Program-made: the position numbers and the translations under genes
Shown here: piece by piece, positions 32,241-45,303 of the stretch
Position numbering within the stretch: position 1 is the stretch's first letter
Layout of the letters: every line of letters starts with the position of its first letter
Assembly (NCBI GenBank): GCA_003344405.1
Contig: NOWV01000205.1
Span: 62,001 to 126,000 of the forward strand
Source of the DNA: Trichoplax sp. H2
Taxonomy: Eukaryota
Direction of reading: 5' to 3'
DNA length: 64,000 nucleotides
The notes under the pieces: model-generated
What the model was told of the DNA's origin: nothing
What the model saw: only the letters and a program-made list of their open reading frames with translations
Database searches by the model: none

Positions 32241-33266
32241 ATACCATTCTCAAATTTACACTTACTGATTTACTCATTACATCTAGTATACCTATTTGCT
32301 GCATGCAGTACAATATCTCTGATACAGCAATATAATATAGGTGCGCTATCATTAAATGATGAAAAATTGTATTAAAGCAAATTTTAACCAATTAATCTAC
32401 CTACGATAAATTCGTACAACTCGATAACAATTACACTCCAATAAAGGCTGCTATAATAATATCTAAGACTGCTGATTCCATTTTCCAATTGATAAAACCA
32501 AATTTAAAATCCAGCACAAGACTCTTGATCAAATAAAAAATAACATTTAAATTAATTCCTGCTTATTTCTAATTTGTAAATTCAATTAAATTCTCCTTAC
32601 TTGAATAACCCTATCATAAAATAGTTTATTTAAATTTTTACCATCACTACTGACAAAAAATTCAATGTGTGAAATAATATTCTATTTACTTGATAAAAAA
32701 TAATACATTTAATAAATGTTAATCAATGCATAAGTTAAAGAACGTTTTGATTATTGATGATTATAAAACATTCGAATAAAGAATCTATTCAATATCAAAA
32801 ATATCTTGATATTTAAAGTGAAGTATTATAAAAGAATATGAAAATATGCCTAATTGAAAATGTAATCTTGCAATTACATTTATCAATTTCTTTATTAGCA
32901 TAGGGATAATATGTTTAGAAAACAGTATTTCGTTTATTAGCATTATTATCATACTGAGTAATACTATCGTAATATGAATAAAATAGTGCAGAATTATTTT
33001 AAATCAATCCGTTGCAGTATATAGTTTCATATATGTAATGAAGTCAACCGTAACCCACGGTGAAAATTTCTCATAAATATTCCATCATAGCAACTGAAAT
33101 AAAGTATTTGTTCTTCAAGTAGTTAAAAAATAAATTAGTCACTTTCTTTCCATTGGATAAATAGGTGATATTATATTTATTTCTATTGCTTTTAAGTAGT
33201 CAGATTCATTAATATTTGATGTTCTTCCAAGGGCATAGGGAGGCGAGATTATAGGATTTCTGTCAT

Positions 33267-33480
33267 TTAGCCAAATAATCTATTCCAAAGTTCACCTGAT
33301 AATAGGCATGAATTTTAAATTAGATAAGTCAGCACTTCTTTTACTCGCTATGTAGACTGTATTGGTGATGTTTGATACTTTTCTTGTGATACAGCGTAAT
33401 CAGATAATATGATTCATATCCTTTAGCAAAATAATCTATTGAAAAATTCACCTAGACAATAGGCATGAAATTTAAAATTT
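33267..33480. repeat. Degenerate local direct repeat (~55-bp core, ~155-bp spacing)
   Basis: aaataatctatt..aaa.ttcacct.....aataggcatgaa.ttt appears at ~33273 and ~33429. Confidence 0.65.
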
Positions 33481-36400
33481 AATCATAGTGAGAGACCATC
33501 GGTCGGTCAGAATATTTTTTACTTCTCAACACATACGACATAGTAGAATTTACAGCATATCCACATTATTAATTAGATAGCATAAATTATTGTGTATTCG
33601 AGATTGCCTGCACGCGTACGCATTAATCAAAAATTACTATAGTCTGGATTTTTCATTCAGAAATCTATTTCTTTATTCTAGTAATATAACTAGATACGAA
33701 GATAAATTCGTCATATAGTTTTCATGCACATTTTAAAGTGAATTAAATAATGTATGAAAGTAATCGGAATGTGATTTACTGATAATCTCAGTATCAGAGA
33801 AGTCAATTTTAAATCAAGACCAAATGTATAAATAAATAAATGATAAAAGGCGATCGAACGTTTATTTTTTCATTAACTGCACCCGTGAAAGTATCCATTA
33901 TTTTAGTAACAGCATAATCTAGAAATCCATTGATTTCCCTTCAATTACTACTCTGCAACCATTATAATATTTAAATAAATAACCTGGTTTTATTTTAATA
34001 AATATCCTTATTAAAGAACACCGGTATTAAGTTTGATCTATATTTGAATTCAATTCGACAGCGGTCATAAAGGTAGTGATATCCATGATGCTACCAAATG
34101 TATCGGTTGTTGCCTGTGGGTGGTATTTTATGCTAGATGATAGCGCCATGTGTATCTAGCCAATCGGATAGTTTACAACATTTGATGATGCGTAAATTTT
34201 ATTCATACAGTATATTGGAATGTAAAATTTTTTTATTATTTTCCAACATTGGAAAGAGTTAGCTTTTGTAGTGAGACAGGCAATATTTTACTAGATAGCG
34301 CTAATCAATTTGATCTATTCTGTAAACTGAGAATATTAAATTGCTTTTGTTTATTTTACTTTCGGACGTAAATGCCGAATGCCACTATCAACAATGCTAT
34401 TAATATTGGTAGCGTTTAAATTAGCTGGAAGTTGTCTCTAAGCCTTTTTCAATTGAAAAACCTTAAATGGTGTCTGGAGCACCGGATATTACAACTGTCT
34501 GATCGTCTGCTTCTTATAAAATATCTTACTAGAAAGGTAATATTATGTCACGCAAGCGTAAGAACTTGTACTCTTTTTCATTCTTTTTAGCAATTCCTTT
34601 TATCATTAGCGTATCCATACCAGTATTTACGAAGACTAGGCCATAATAAGGAAATTGAAATTCAGGGCAACCTTGGAAAAACCCCTTTTCAAAGTAGTGT
34701 TACCAGTACTTCAAAATCTCTATTGGCACAGTATTACTTTATGTCAGATTTATAGGGTTATTTTCTTAGCCGTAGTGCCTTCAATCTGAAATCCACAAAA
34801 TTCAATCTTTACAAGTTATTGTAACGGTAATAGTAGTCGTAGCCAATTATTACGTTATGTAGTATGTTTGCACATATACAGTACTAGCCCGATATTTTTG
34901 CTATTCTCCTCTTTATCAGCAATGACTGCTGTAGTTCTTTTTCCATATTTCTTGTAAACCCTTCTCCTCATACAGCACTTTTTTATTGACCACTATGCAA
35001 CTTTTCATTTTTATTATATTGCATAGCAAGACTAACCTCTTATAAAATAATTCATCCTGAATGCTCTGTCAATAAGGCAAAATTTCTGAGTGATTTACTA
35101 TAACATCACGATTAAGCACAATGTTAATGTTTAAGGAAATACTTATTAACGTAACCTTAAAGTCATAACGCAAAAAATCATTCCTGTCCGTAAGCATGAA
35201 ACAGGAATTGCGTAGAATTAATGTGGATATCGTGATTATTCTAAGATATATTATTATCCGCCGGATGAAGGTCAACATCTACACAACACTCAGTGAAAGT
35301 ATGCACGTATGCTTTTATTTTACGGCATTCTATTACGTAGGCTTTATATTTTGTCATTCTATCACATTTATTCTTTATTATATGCCATTCTATCGTGATA
35401 GGGAATTATTACATATGAATAAACGTATGAAATCCACCTCTAAAAAGCAATACAGTGCCCAAATATGACGATTAACAAAAGAATAAAATCAGTGGAGTAT
35501 TTCCGAATCGCTGTTTTTGACCTATATAACCACAGACGCAAATGTTTCGTAATGTTTCGAAACTACTTTTGTAATATGGTGTTATTGTTGCATTTCCAGC
35601 TGCAAATAGAGATCTCTAATAGCTCTACAAATAGAAAATGTTTTTATTACTTCCGGCAAGAAGAAAGATACGAAAAACGAGTATAGACTTGATCCACTAA
35701 AACACCAAGAAGAGCCAGAACAGTAAAAAAATCGTTTAAGAAACGAAACAAACTGCATATTCTAAAAGCAAAATTCAAATACAGCACGTGGATAGCAACA
35801 ATAACTGATTCATCAACATAGTACTGTGACTACTGTCTATAAATAGTATAATGCGTGCAAACTATATTTTAATCTCTTTGCCATGCAAAATTCGCTTAAG
35901 AAAAGATGTACTCTTATAGGTTACCACTGCTACCACATACCACACGTATACTGAACGCTAGAAAAGCTGTGTAGGACAATTCAAATTATCCGACACTTTT
36001 ACTTTACCTCCTTGCTTACTCTTTTCAATTTAATCGCAGATAAAAAGTTGTCAATTTTATTCAAGTTTAATTAAAATAGTGTGCCGTATACTTCAATAGG
36101 AAGTTATATTGCTTAGATTGCCATCGGATGTTGCATAGGAGGATTCAATAATGAAACCAAATTGAGTTGATTGATTAATGTTAGTGTAGTCATATGGCCA
36201 TATCAATAGCTTATGAAGTATACCACTAAATTAATGTTCATGATTTCTGGATAGGATATATCCATTCTTGTATGCATCATAAGCAGTAAATGCTACAGTA
36301 TATGACAGTATAATAGATCACAGTGTGGTTCGCCAGTACAATTTATTTTGTCAATTTATTGATACTTAACTATTGCCGATCATTACAGCAAAGCAGAGCA

Positions 36401-37325
36401 AAAGATTGTTCTGTAGAGTCTTCGTTACTATGTAAACTAGTCGAACATACAGTATGCTCATTATGCCTTGGGTATTATACGCACTGCTACTTTTTACTTT
36501 ATAATTGGAGCATATCTAGGGCCCGCAGAACTAAGTGATGTCGGAATAAGTAGCTATAGACAGGCTAAACACTGGATTTGTTGATTATATAGAAATGCTC
36601 GTGTACATATACATTAAGATGCAGTGGAAAATTCTTCATTGAATGATATAACTTTCATTTATATCATTAAAATCGAAATTTTATGCCTTAGTATATAAAA
36701 TCAATATAATATATGAATCATTCGTGAATTGATCTTATCGAGTCAAATTTTTGTATCTTGATCAACACTTCCTGCCAGACAAATTGCAGATTACGATAAA
36801 TATAGGCTTCTACTAGTCAATATCGTAAATATTTTTGAATATTATTTGGAGCTGCTAAAGATACAAAATAAGTCTTATCTTTCCAAGCGAAATTGTCCAC
36901 TACCTAGGATGATATCATAGTAGTAAAACTTAAGATTTAAATATATTTCCTAGGATTGGTTGTTTCTCTAGGACTGACGTAACATATACATAATTATCTT
37001 TAATTTGCAAAGGGCTAGGAAATATTGTACGTCGTAGAAAATAGACTTATATAAACAAGGCATTATCTTTATATATCCACAAAGCTTCATATGAAGCAAT
37101 CCTATTTTTAAACTTTATACCATAGATCTGCTCGTTCAATTGAACTCGCAACAATAATTAATTCAATCTCATTGATACGCGCGTTTTAAGCTACAGTATA
37201 TTAACATGTTACATCAATGAAGATATAACTAGTCGAATTGATCTACTCCATTTAATCGAATTGGGCTGTTCCCTAACCGTTATCGTTTCTATAGCATTCC
37301 ACAGCACCGAACAACTAGTTTAGGC

Positions 37326-40233
37326 ATGTTAAGTTACTTTCGCAATCAATCAACCACATCGACTCGACTGAATGTAGATGAAAATATTAAACCTTTCGAT
37401 CAACTACCTCAACCGGATCAATCACTGTTTAGTCAAATTCTCTTCTTAATGCGTGACTATAAATTGCTTACTGAGCAAAATCATATTTGTGCTTCTCCGA
37501 TCTTTAAAAGGTTAGGACCGATTTTCAAAACAACGAACGGTGGCTTGACGTTAGTCATGACAGCGGATCCAAAAGCAGCAGAATCGATGTTTCGCGCTGA
37601 AGGCAAGTACCCGAGAAGGATGGACGTCTACCCTTGGCTGTATTATCGAAGTGAATGTAATTTGCCATTGGGTATTTTATTAGGGTAAGGTTTATAACTT
37701 GAGGTATGAATTGTACAGCCAGTGAATGACAGATAGTGCATTAAGTTAACAGCTACAACATTGCTGTACAGAGCAAAATCCATGCATTTTTGTTTTACTT
37801 AGCATATATAGTATTGATCACTAATTCATTGAGATATTGCAACATAACTATGACTTACTGCCAGATTCCATGAACTAGACTTTGAAGGATATTTACTTAC
37901 TGTTGATAACGTACATCTACAGAAGCATCAATTTATGAATAACAAGCGCTAGCTGACTATCTGCTAACAAGAATTATTTGCATCGTCATTATCTACTTCG
38001 GTCTTAAGTCTTTTTATTCAGAATGAAAGGACTGCAATGGAAACTGTTACTCTAAATACTTTACGATAACTGAATCTACAATAATTTTAATATCAGTGTT
38101 TTCCATAGTAATGATGAAGATTGGAAAGAGACACGTAGTGCCGTAGATAAAAGAATGCTTAAATTAAAAGATGTTCAAGGTTACTCAAAGATCATGAATA
38201 AAGTAATCGATGATTCTATCTCTTATTTATTACAGCTACGTGGCAAAGACGGTGTCGAAAATGAGATTAATGGGTTTGAAAGCCAGACTTTCAGATGATC
38301 GCTAGAAAAGTATGCATACAGTTATAATCCTTAACGTGTACTGATGGCTAAATTTTAATGTATAGTAAAGATATGAATCACAGTTGGCTTCAAAAACTGC
38401 CATAGTAAACAACTAGATACAATATAAATTCGAGGTGATCTGTTTTAAATCCTTAAACAATATCTTCATACATACGTATGTGCACTAATATAATCCGAGA
38501 ATTTTTACTCTTTACACATTTGCTTGCCCTTTTCAGTAACGTTGATACTTACTAAAATGATATCAATATTAATAAATGCAATTTGAGCATAATACAATTT
38601 CGTTGATATATGTTTTCTATCTTTCTAGCTGTGCTGAGCATAATTTTTGATAAACGAATTGGTTGCTTCGATGATCCATCTAAGTAACGCGGGGAATTAT
38701 TTTACAATGCCGTCGTTAATATGATGGAAATGACTTCACCGCTATTTATGCTACCCCCGTATTACAAATATTTGAAGACAAAATATTGGAAAAGATTTTG
38801 CAGTCAATGGGATACTATGTTTGAGATTGGCATGGAGATCATTCGTGAACGACAAGAGGAATTAAAATCCTTACCAGCATTGAAAGAAGATGATAAAGTG
38901 GATTTCTTAACAGATATAATCCAAAGAAGTAATCTATCAGATGAAAGATTAAATACTACTCTTATCGAGTTAATGCTTGGGGCCTCTGATACAGTAAATT
39001 GACATAGATTAATATTGTTACCATGGCCTATTTTATGGTCAAAACTGCTCATAACTGACAGTCAATGACTTAATAGCTTCTTGAGATGTTTTATATGCTA
39101 TAAGGACATTGAAACTAAATAATTTGACGTTGTATAGGAATAATCTACAGTACTAGAATCATATCGTAAGTTACTTGCTCGTGTTTTAAAACTAGACAGC
39201 AAATACGATAACTTGGACTTTAATTCTGCTATCTAAATACCCTGGAAAGCAGAAAAAATTACACAAAGAAATTAAAAGTATTTTAAAAGATGGCGAAGAT
39301 CCAGATTCTGAGACGGTGCATAACGCTCCTTATTTAAGCGCCTGCATCAAGGAAGCTATGCGGTAAGGTACATAAAAAGGATAAAGGGTACCGTACTATA
39401 GTTATTAGGATAGTTCAATAAATGATTTCTTATATAATGCTGTACACATTGTCAGCGTTCAAATCCAATTGGTTTTATTAAAAAGTGCTATGACTATGGG
39501 GATATTATTAATACTTTTAGGCTTTATCCAGTTATCTTTAATCTGATCAGACAAGCAAAGGAAGACGTAGTTATCCTTGGTTATCAAGTTCCTGCCAACG
39601 TGAGAAAATTTTCTGATCTCTACATCATAGTAGTCTAATGCAATTGTGAAAATATTTGCTAAAAATTTTCTAGAAATACGTAGAATTGACTTGGTTAAAT
39701 AAGCGCAAATAGTCATAATTGCCTTCTTTCCTTGTATGGACTCCGATAATCCTTAATTTGTATGAATTATTTCGCAATGAGGAGTATTTTCCTGAACCAG
39801 AAGAATTTAAACCCGAGCGTTGATTAAAAGATGAAGGTGGCAATATCCCAAGAGCTGGATTCAAATTCTTACCATTTGGCTTTGGTCCACGTATGTGTAT
39901 TGGGAGACGAATCGCAGAGTTAGAAATGCACCTCTTATTAGCTAAAGTGGGGCCGCATCTCGAAAAATAGTTAACTAAAATTATTATTTATTATAGATTG
40001 ACGTTGTTATCAGATCTAATATGAACAGGCCTATTGCCTATGATAGTTAATAACTGAATGAAATCAAATTTATATTCTAGTTGATAGAGGTATAACACAC
40101 TCTATGTTCTTTTTTTCAGTTGTCTCAAAAATTTGTCATTGGCTGCAATAACTTGGACCATACAGGAATGATAACAAGGGCAACGTTAACACCTGATAAG
40201 GCAGTTAAGATAACACTAACCGAACGGCCATAA
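37326..40233 (+). pseudogene. Unprocessed pseudogene of a mitochondrial-clan P450, paralogous to 19018-22175; exons ~37326-37684, 38109-38309, 38629-38993, 39196-39362, 39521-39599, 39740-39946, 40120-40233
   Basis: Same seven-exon layout as the paralogue. Lesions: TGA 38296-38298 (FRW to FR*), an extra A before the exon-2 donor, TAA 38685-38687, exon-6 acceptor AG changed to GG (39738-39739), and TGA 39821-39823 (PERW to PER*). Confidence 0.9.
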
Positions 40234-41927
40234 AAGCGACTACAATCTATATCATTTATAGTTGCGATGGAAATGGTGACTAAACTACGAAAGGATGCAA
40301 GATTAGTTGTAAAAATCACTTATCCATGTGCTTAAAATGTAGCAATATCTTTTAAGCATTTAGCTATAGCATTTTTAAATTTGTATTTTGTATAGGTGAA
40401 CGATCTATAGAGCCTATATGTTGTATTTCGTTATCTTATTTAATTAAGCAATCTCATGTAGATGAGTTCAGTTTTCCGTAAGAATGACTTCTCATTTACT
40501 ATTACATTCGTAATATTATATCATTAGAGTTCATGATGTAAGACAATATTTAAATACTAATACTTTCACACTATGAAGATATAGCCATCTTGCTATCTAT
40601 ACTAGAAGACTTACGCTCATTACGCTTGGCATATTATATTTAATACATACACATAGCGGTTCACCTGTAATGTATAACTTCATCAATAAATGAAATCATA
40701 TTGAAATTGCAAACTTGCCTTGGTGTAGACTAAGTAACATAATTTTATAATTTTTGTACAGTATATAATCATAGTGTAGTAATATGCTTGTGCAATAAGA
40801 AGCGTATAGTGCGCACTTTTCTCTCTCTTTTATTAGCAATAATGAGCTGAAAGTGATTACTTTAGGCAACTGTATATTGTACTATATAGTAGTAGATGAT
40901 CTGCAGTACTATATTGTATTTGGAAATCAATCATGAGATGTACTCAGTATAGCGTCTGGTAAGGCGCAGCACTGTATAAATATAAAGCTTGATTAACAGG
41001 GTCTTACTTTGCCTGATTTAATCTGTTGCAGAGTCGGATTAGATAGCAAGTGTCGGGTTAAGGTAGTTTATGTGCTTTTATTGGCATATCGATGGTACAG
41101 TATGATATCGTAATAAAAACAGTTTTTATTTACTCCTTAGCATTGAATTATACTGTATAAACTTTTAAAACCATTCAAGTATGATCTCATCGTAAATCGA
41201 TGAGGAAATTTATTGTGTACGACCATTTCAACTAACTATAATAGAATAACGTGAGTCGAAAATGAACTAGGAAAGATACGAGAAAAGACACGCCTATTGG
41301 TTCTTGTATAACTTCATGCACATTTTTACTATTCATTGCAAATATGAAATTTTTATCAATCTCTACATAGGCCAAGTAATACAAGGATTAATAAATTAAG
41401 GTCAGCAAAAAGTTTCAATTTTATTATTATGATTTTAAACGAATCTAATATCAAAATGGATTAAAACTGAAATTCAGTATTGAGAATTTGAACGCCTCTA
41501 ACCTAAGATGCATCTATACTATCAGATTGAAATTTACTTTGCTCTTATAGTCATACTGGGAAATTAGCAGGGAGAAAAGTAATTTTCCTTTATGTTCCGT
41601 ATAAAACATAAACTTCATATAGCATAGTCATTCATTTCTTATATACTTCCAACATTGAATTATCTTGGTATAACCATTTGATATATGCATAGCATTACGA
41701 TAAACGCAATCATGAGCAAATCATAATCTAAACTGTTGCCACTGTGTAAAGTTATTTACAATTATAAAAGGCTCGAAAGAGCTAGACAATGCGAATTTTA
41801 ATTACACTTAAAAGGTAAAAGTGAAAATCTTCTATTGCGTGCGATATAATTCCAGCAACAAATTTTCTATAATTTGCAAAGGCACAACATATGTACCGGT
41901 ATGTTGCAAATCTTAATGCTATCTCTT

Positions 41928-43358
41928 TTAAATATAAAGCGATAGTGTTATCAAGATAGACATTAATATTTGCCTTAAAATGTAATCATTGCGTCTTCCA
42001 GTATTGGAAAGCAATACCGTGCCTTGTCTCGTAAACACAGTATTAGAGGGTACTGCAATTGGTTGCAGCATGTTCACTATCCGATCTTGTTGATTTGGAA
42101 GGATAGAATAACGTTGGAACCATAAATTATCGCTGTTGTTATTGAGATTACATAATGGAAGATGTAAACAGTAAAATTGATAATCTTTTGCTTGTGGCTG
42201 CTCATTAGTTAAACTATTAAATTTTTGCAAACCACGCTGATAAATTCTTAATCCAAGTAAAGCTAATTCAGCCATATAAGTTGGCATTCTCATATTTTGT
42301 TGATATAATGGCTTGCACAATGTTGTTAATTGAATATTGCACGTAGTAGAATTCTGATAAACTGTAGTATTTTGCTTGTTATGGCAAATTTCTAGAAGGA
42401 AAGTAAAGTTAGATTGCTGTATTACTTGCCTACATTTAGGATTGTTAGCTAAACATTGACTTGATTGATACTTTAGCTGAGCTGGCTTTGAGGAGCAAGT
42501 GGGATACAATAAATCGACAATTAATTTGCGTATGTCGTTGCCGCAACTAGAGGTTTCATTAAGTGTGATAGCATCAACGGCTAATCCAACAATTTCGTCG
42601 AACAATAATTGAGATTGCGAAGCAGCATACAGACTGATAGATTTCGATCCAAGGTTCACTGTAGAGTGTCTCAATTCGAATTCCACACATCTTGACCTTT
42701 CCATAGCATATAAAACAGTCGTATTTTCTTGCTGAGAAATAAATACATAGACTACATCAAATCACTTATATGTTCTGATCGATTTAATTAAAATTAGTAA
42801 GCGTCTTTAAATGCAAAACATAGATAATATCAGGTTGAGCAAATATAAATCAATATTTTAACAGTTAACTGTTTGCTTTGGCATCGAAAAATAATGCATC
42901 AATGCAATTTTAAGGGAATAATCTTTTAGCAATTAGCATTTTCACTCTACTCAAGTTAGTTTAATTCTGGAAGCAATCAAAGTGCTTCAAAAAAAGAAAG
43001 GAAAACTGTAGCACTAATAACTATATAATCGAATCGGTCTGAAAAGCAATTGAGAAAATATTCTCTAGGTAATAAATACATAGTCAAGTCTGAATTATAT
43101 AGTCAGTTGGAATCGATGTTGCTATCAAGATAAGCTTAACTGTAAACGATAGAAGTAGCGAAGTACAATTTCGAGTTGTTGCGATAAAGTATAGTGAATT
43201 CGATAAGTTGTATGTAACTAGAATTTGATTTGACTGCTGTAATATATCCTAAAATTTTCCATTTTAGAAGCACAGCAACTTACCGTCCTAGCTCCGGTGC
43301 CAAAGCAAAGCAATATGCAGAGAGATAATACTTGCCAGTTTTCGCTCATTTTAAACAT
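41928..43358 (-). CDS. Cys-containing secreted, probably GPI-anchored glycoprotein (~292 aa) with degenerate Frizzled-CRD-like repeats; exons 43358-43284 and 42731-41928
   Basis: Signal-peptide exon MFKMSENWQVLSLCILLCFGTGART|gtaag joins in phase 0 to the 258-aa ORF. Many N-x-S/T sites and a terminal hydrophobic tail ILRQILMSILITLSLYI*. Confidence 0.8.
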
Positions 43359-45303
43359 GACTCGAAAAGTTAGTAGTGAACTATAGACGATAGCTACTGT
43401 CAATGATTAGAGCTTAAAACAGTCTGACAAACTGTCACTCCTGGTGTGAAAATTGATTTTGAGAATGAACATCAATCTCAATCGTTTTAATACTGCGCTC
43501 TTAAAGCTATCCTATTAAGTTGGACTGAAATACACTAGGCTAAAAATATTCATATCGTAAACAACGAACAATTTTCCTTTCTTTCTCACAATCACATTTC
43601 CACCTATATTAAGGTATCGTTAACTTTATTTTGAATGTCTAACAAAAATTGCTTAATAATTTGAGTAGTCAAGTTCTTATTTGGCTCATTCAGTGACGAG
43701 CTACAAATTCGTTGGTCTGTTTTTAGTAGCCTAAATGTAATGGACTACGTCAATAGCTTGGGCTGGTATTCTGATAACGAGAATATTTGGAAATAGTATT
43801 GGCTCCTGTATCCCCCAAAAAGCTAAAAGAAATACATAATCGTATTTTTTGCGATCAGATAAATTATAAAATGACAATGACGTAAATAGTATTACTGCAA
43901 ATATTCTTGCATTATCACATATATGCATGTGTTTTAGTAAGTTAAAAGTAGGGCGCCATGAGCTTATACTATATGTGTATAAGTTGCATTTAATAATACG
44001 ATAGTTACTGGACTGTAGCACACTGGCAATAGCTTAAAAGAGTTATCTCGAACTATTATTTACATAAGTTCATGTTGTAGCGTGATACTTACAGAACGTA
44101 GGTCTAAAGCAGTTTTCTTCTTATTCTGTTCAGTAATTAGCAAATTTAAGAAATACTGTATGTGCGCTTATTAGGCCATTTTATTCTGGCATCTCTGGTT
44201 AGAATGAGACACTGTTATAGCTATTGGATATAGATCGCCAAAGGTTCTTTTTATGCCTTTATAATGACATTGAGTACAAGATTGGTATTTGTATCGTATG
44301 ATCATAAAATTCATACAACGTAGTGCTGCACTAAAGAGGATAGCAAAATACACTAGATATTTACCATAGAATCAATTTGGTTCAACAAGTGAAATCAGGC
44401 AAATTAAATCACATGTAAACTGCTTGTAAAAAGTTATCACTCTCCCAAAATGTCTTTGCTTTAATTTTATAGGCTTCATTAAATCTCATTTAGATATAGC
44501 TCGTTTCATTCATTTGGGACTATTTATCTATTGCAATGGACATAATAACTTGATTACTAAACAAAATTTAGTCGTGCTACTGCTAATCAACTAAATATTC
44601 GGATCTATGAATCCGGAATTTTACCCTATTAAAATATTTATTGTTCTAATTTGGCTGATAGAAGTTGATATCTAACTAGACAGCGTGCACTAGTTTAATG
44701 GTGGTTATGCTTTACTCGGGGTATACTGATTGTATATTCAATCCAATAATTGTAGAGTAAAATGTACGTTGCAGTACGTGAAGTATCACCAGAGCGGGTT
44801 TAATCAGTTTTATGGAATGATCCTGAATAGAGATATTCAATATTTTATACAATTTATCTCTGCCCGCGATAATCGGAAATTGTTACCAATAAATTAAGCT
44901 GAAACTCTGATTGTATATGATAGAGATAGTTTGAACTCTCTTACTTAATATCAGCGAGAAATTCTATTAACCCAAAAATGATTTACCATTTTACAAGATT
45001 ACAAACTTTACTCTAAGCATAATATGGTTACTAAAAAACACGAATATAAATGGTTACATTATTTATTTTTATAACAATTTTATTTATACCTTTGAACTCG
45101 TGACTATGTCTGGTCAATAAATGCAGAGTTTATGTTGCTGTCTCACATCTTTAAAGGTGATTTATGGCTTTGGGTAACGAATAGACTATTGATAGAGATT
45201 TTCTATAAGGTTTTGATTATTATTCAGTGTTTCAAAAATTTTGCTTTGGTTTAGCCAATGCTCTCTGTACAAGATTTTTACACATTACGAAATCTAAACC
45301 ATC

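Noticed and set aside
38296..39823. UGA-as-Trp recoding or readthrough in the second P450, since both TGAs sit at conserved Trp codons
   Set aside because: The same gene also has a TAA stop, a +1 frameshift and a destroyed acceptor. TGG to TGA is a single transition, and the intact paralogue uses TGA as its stop.
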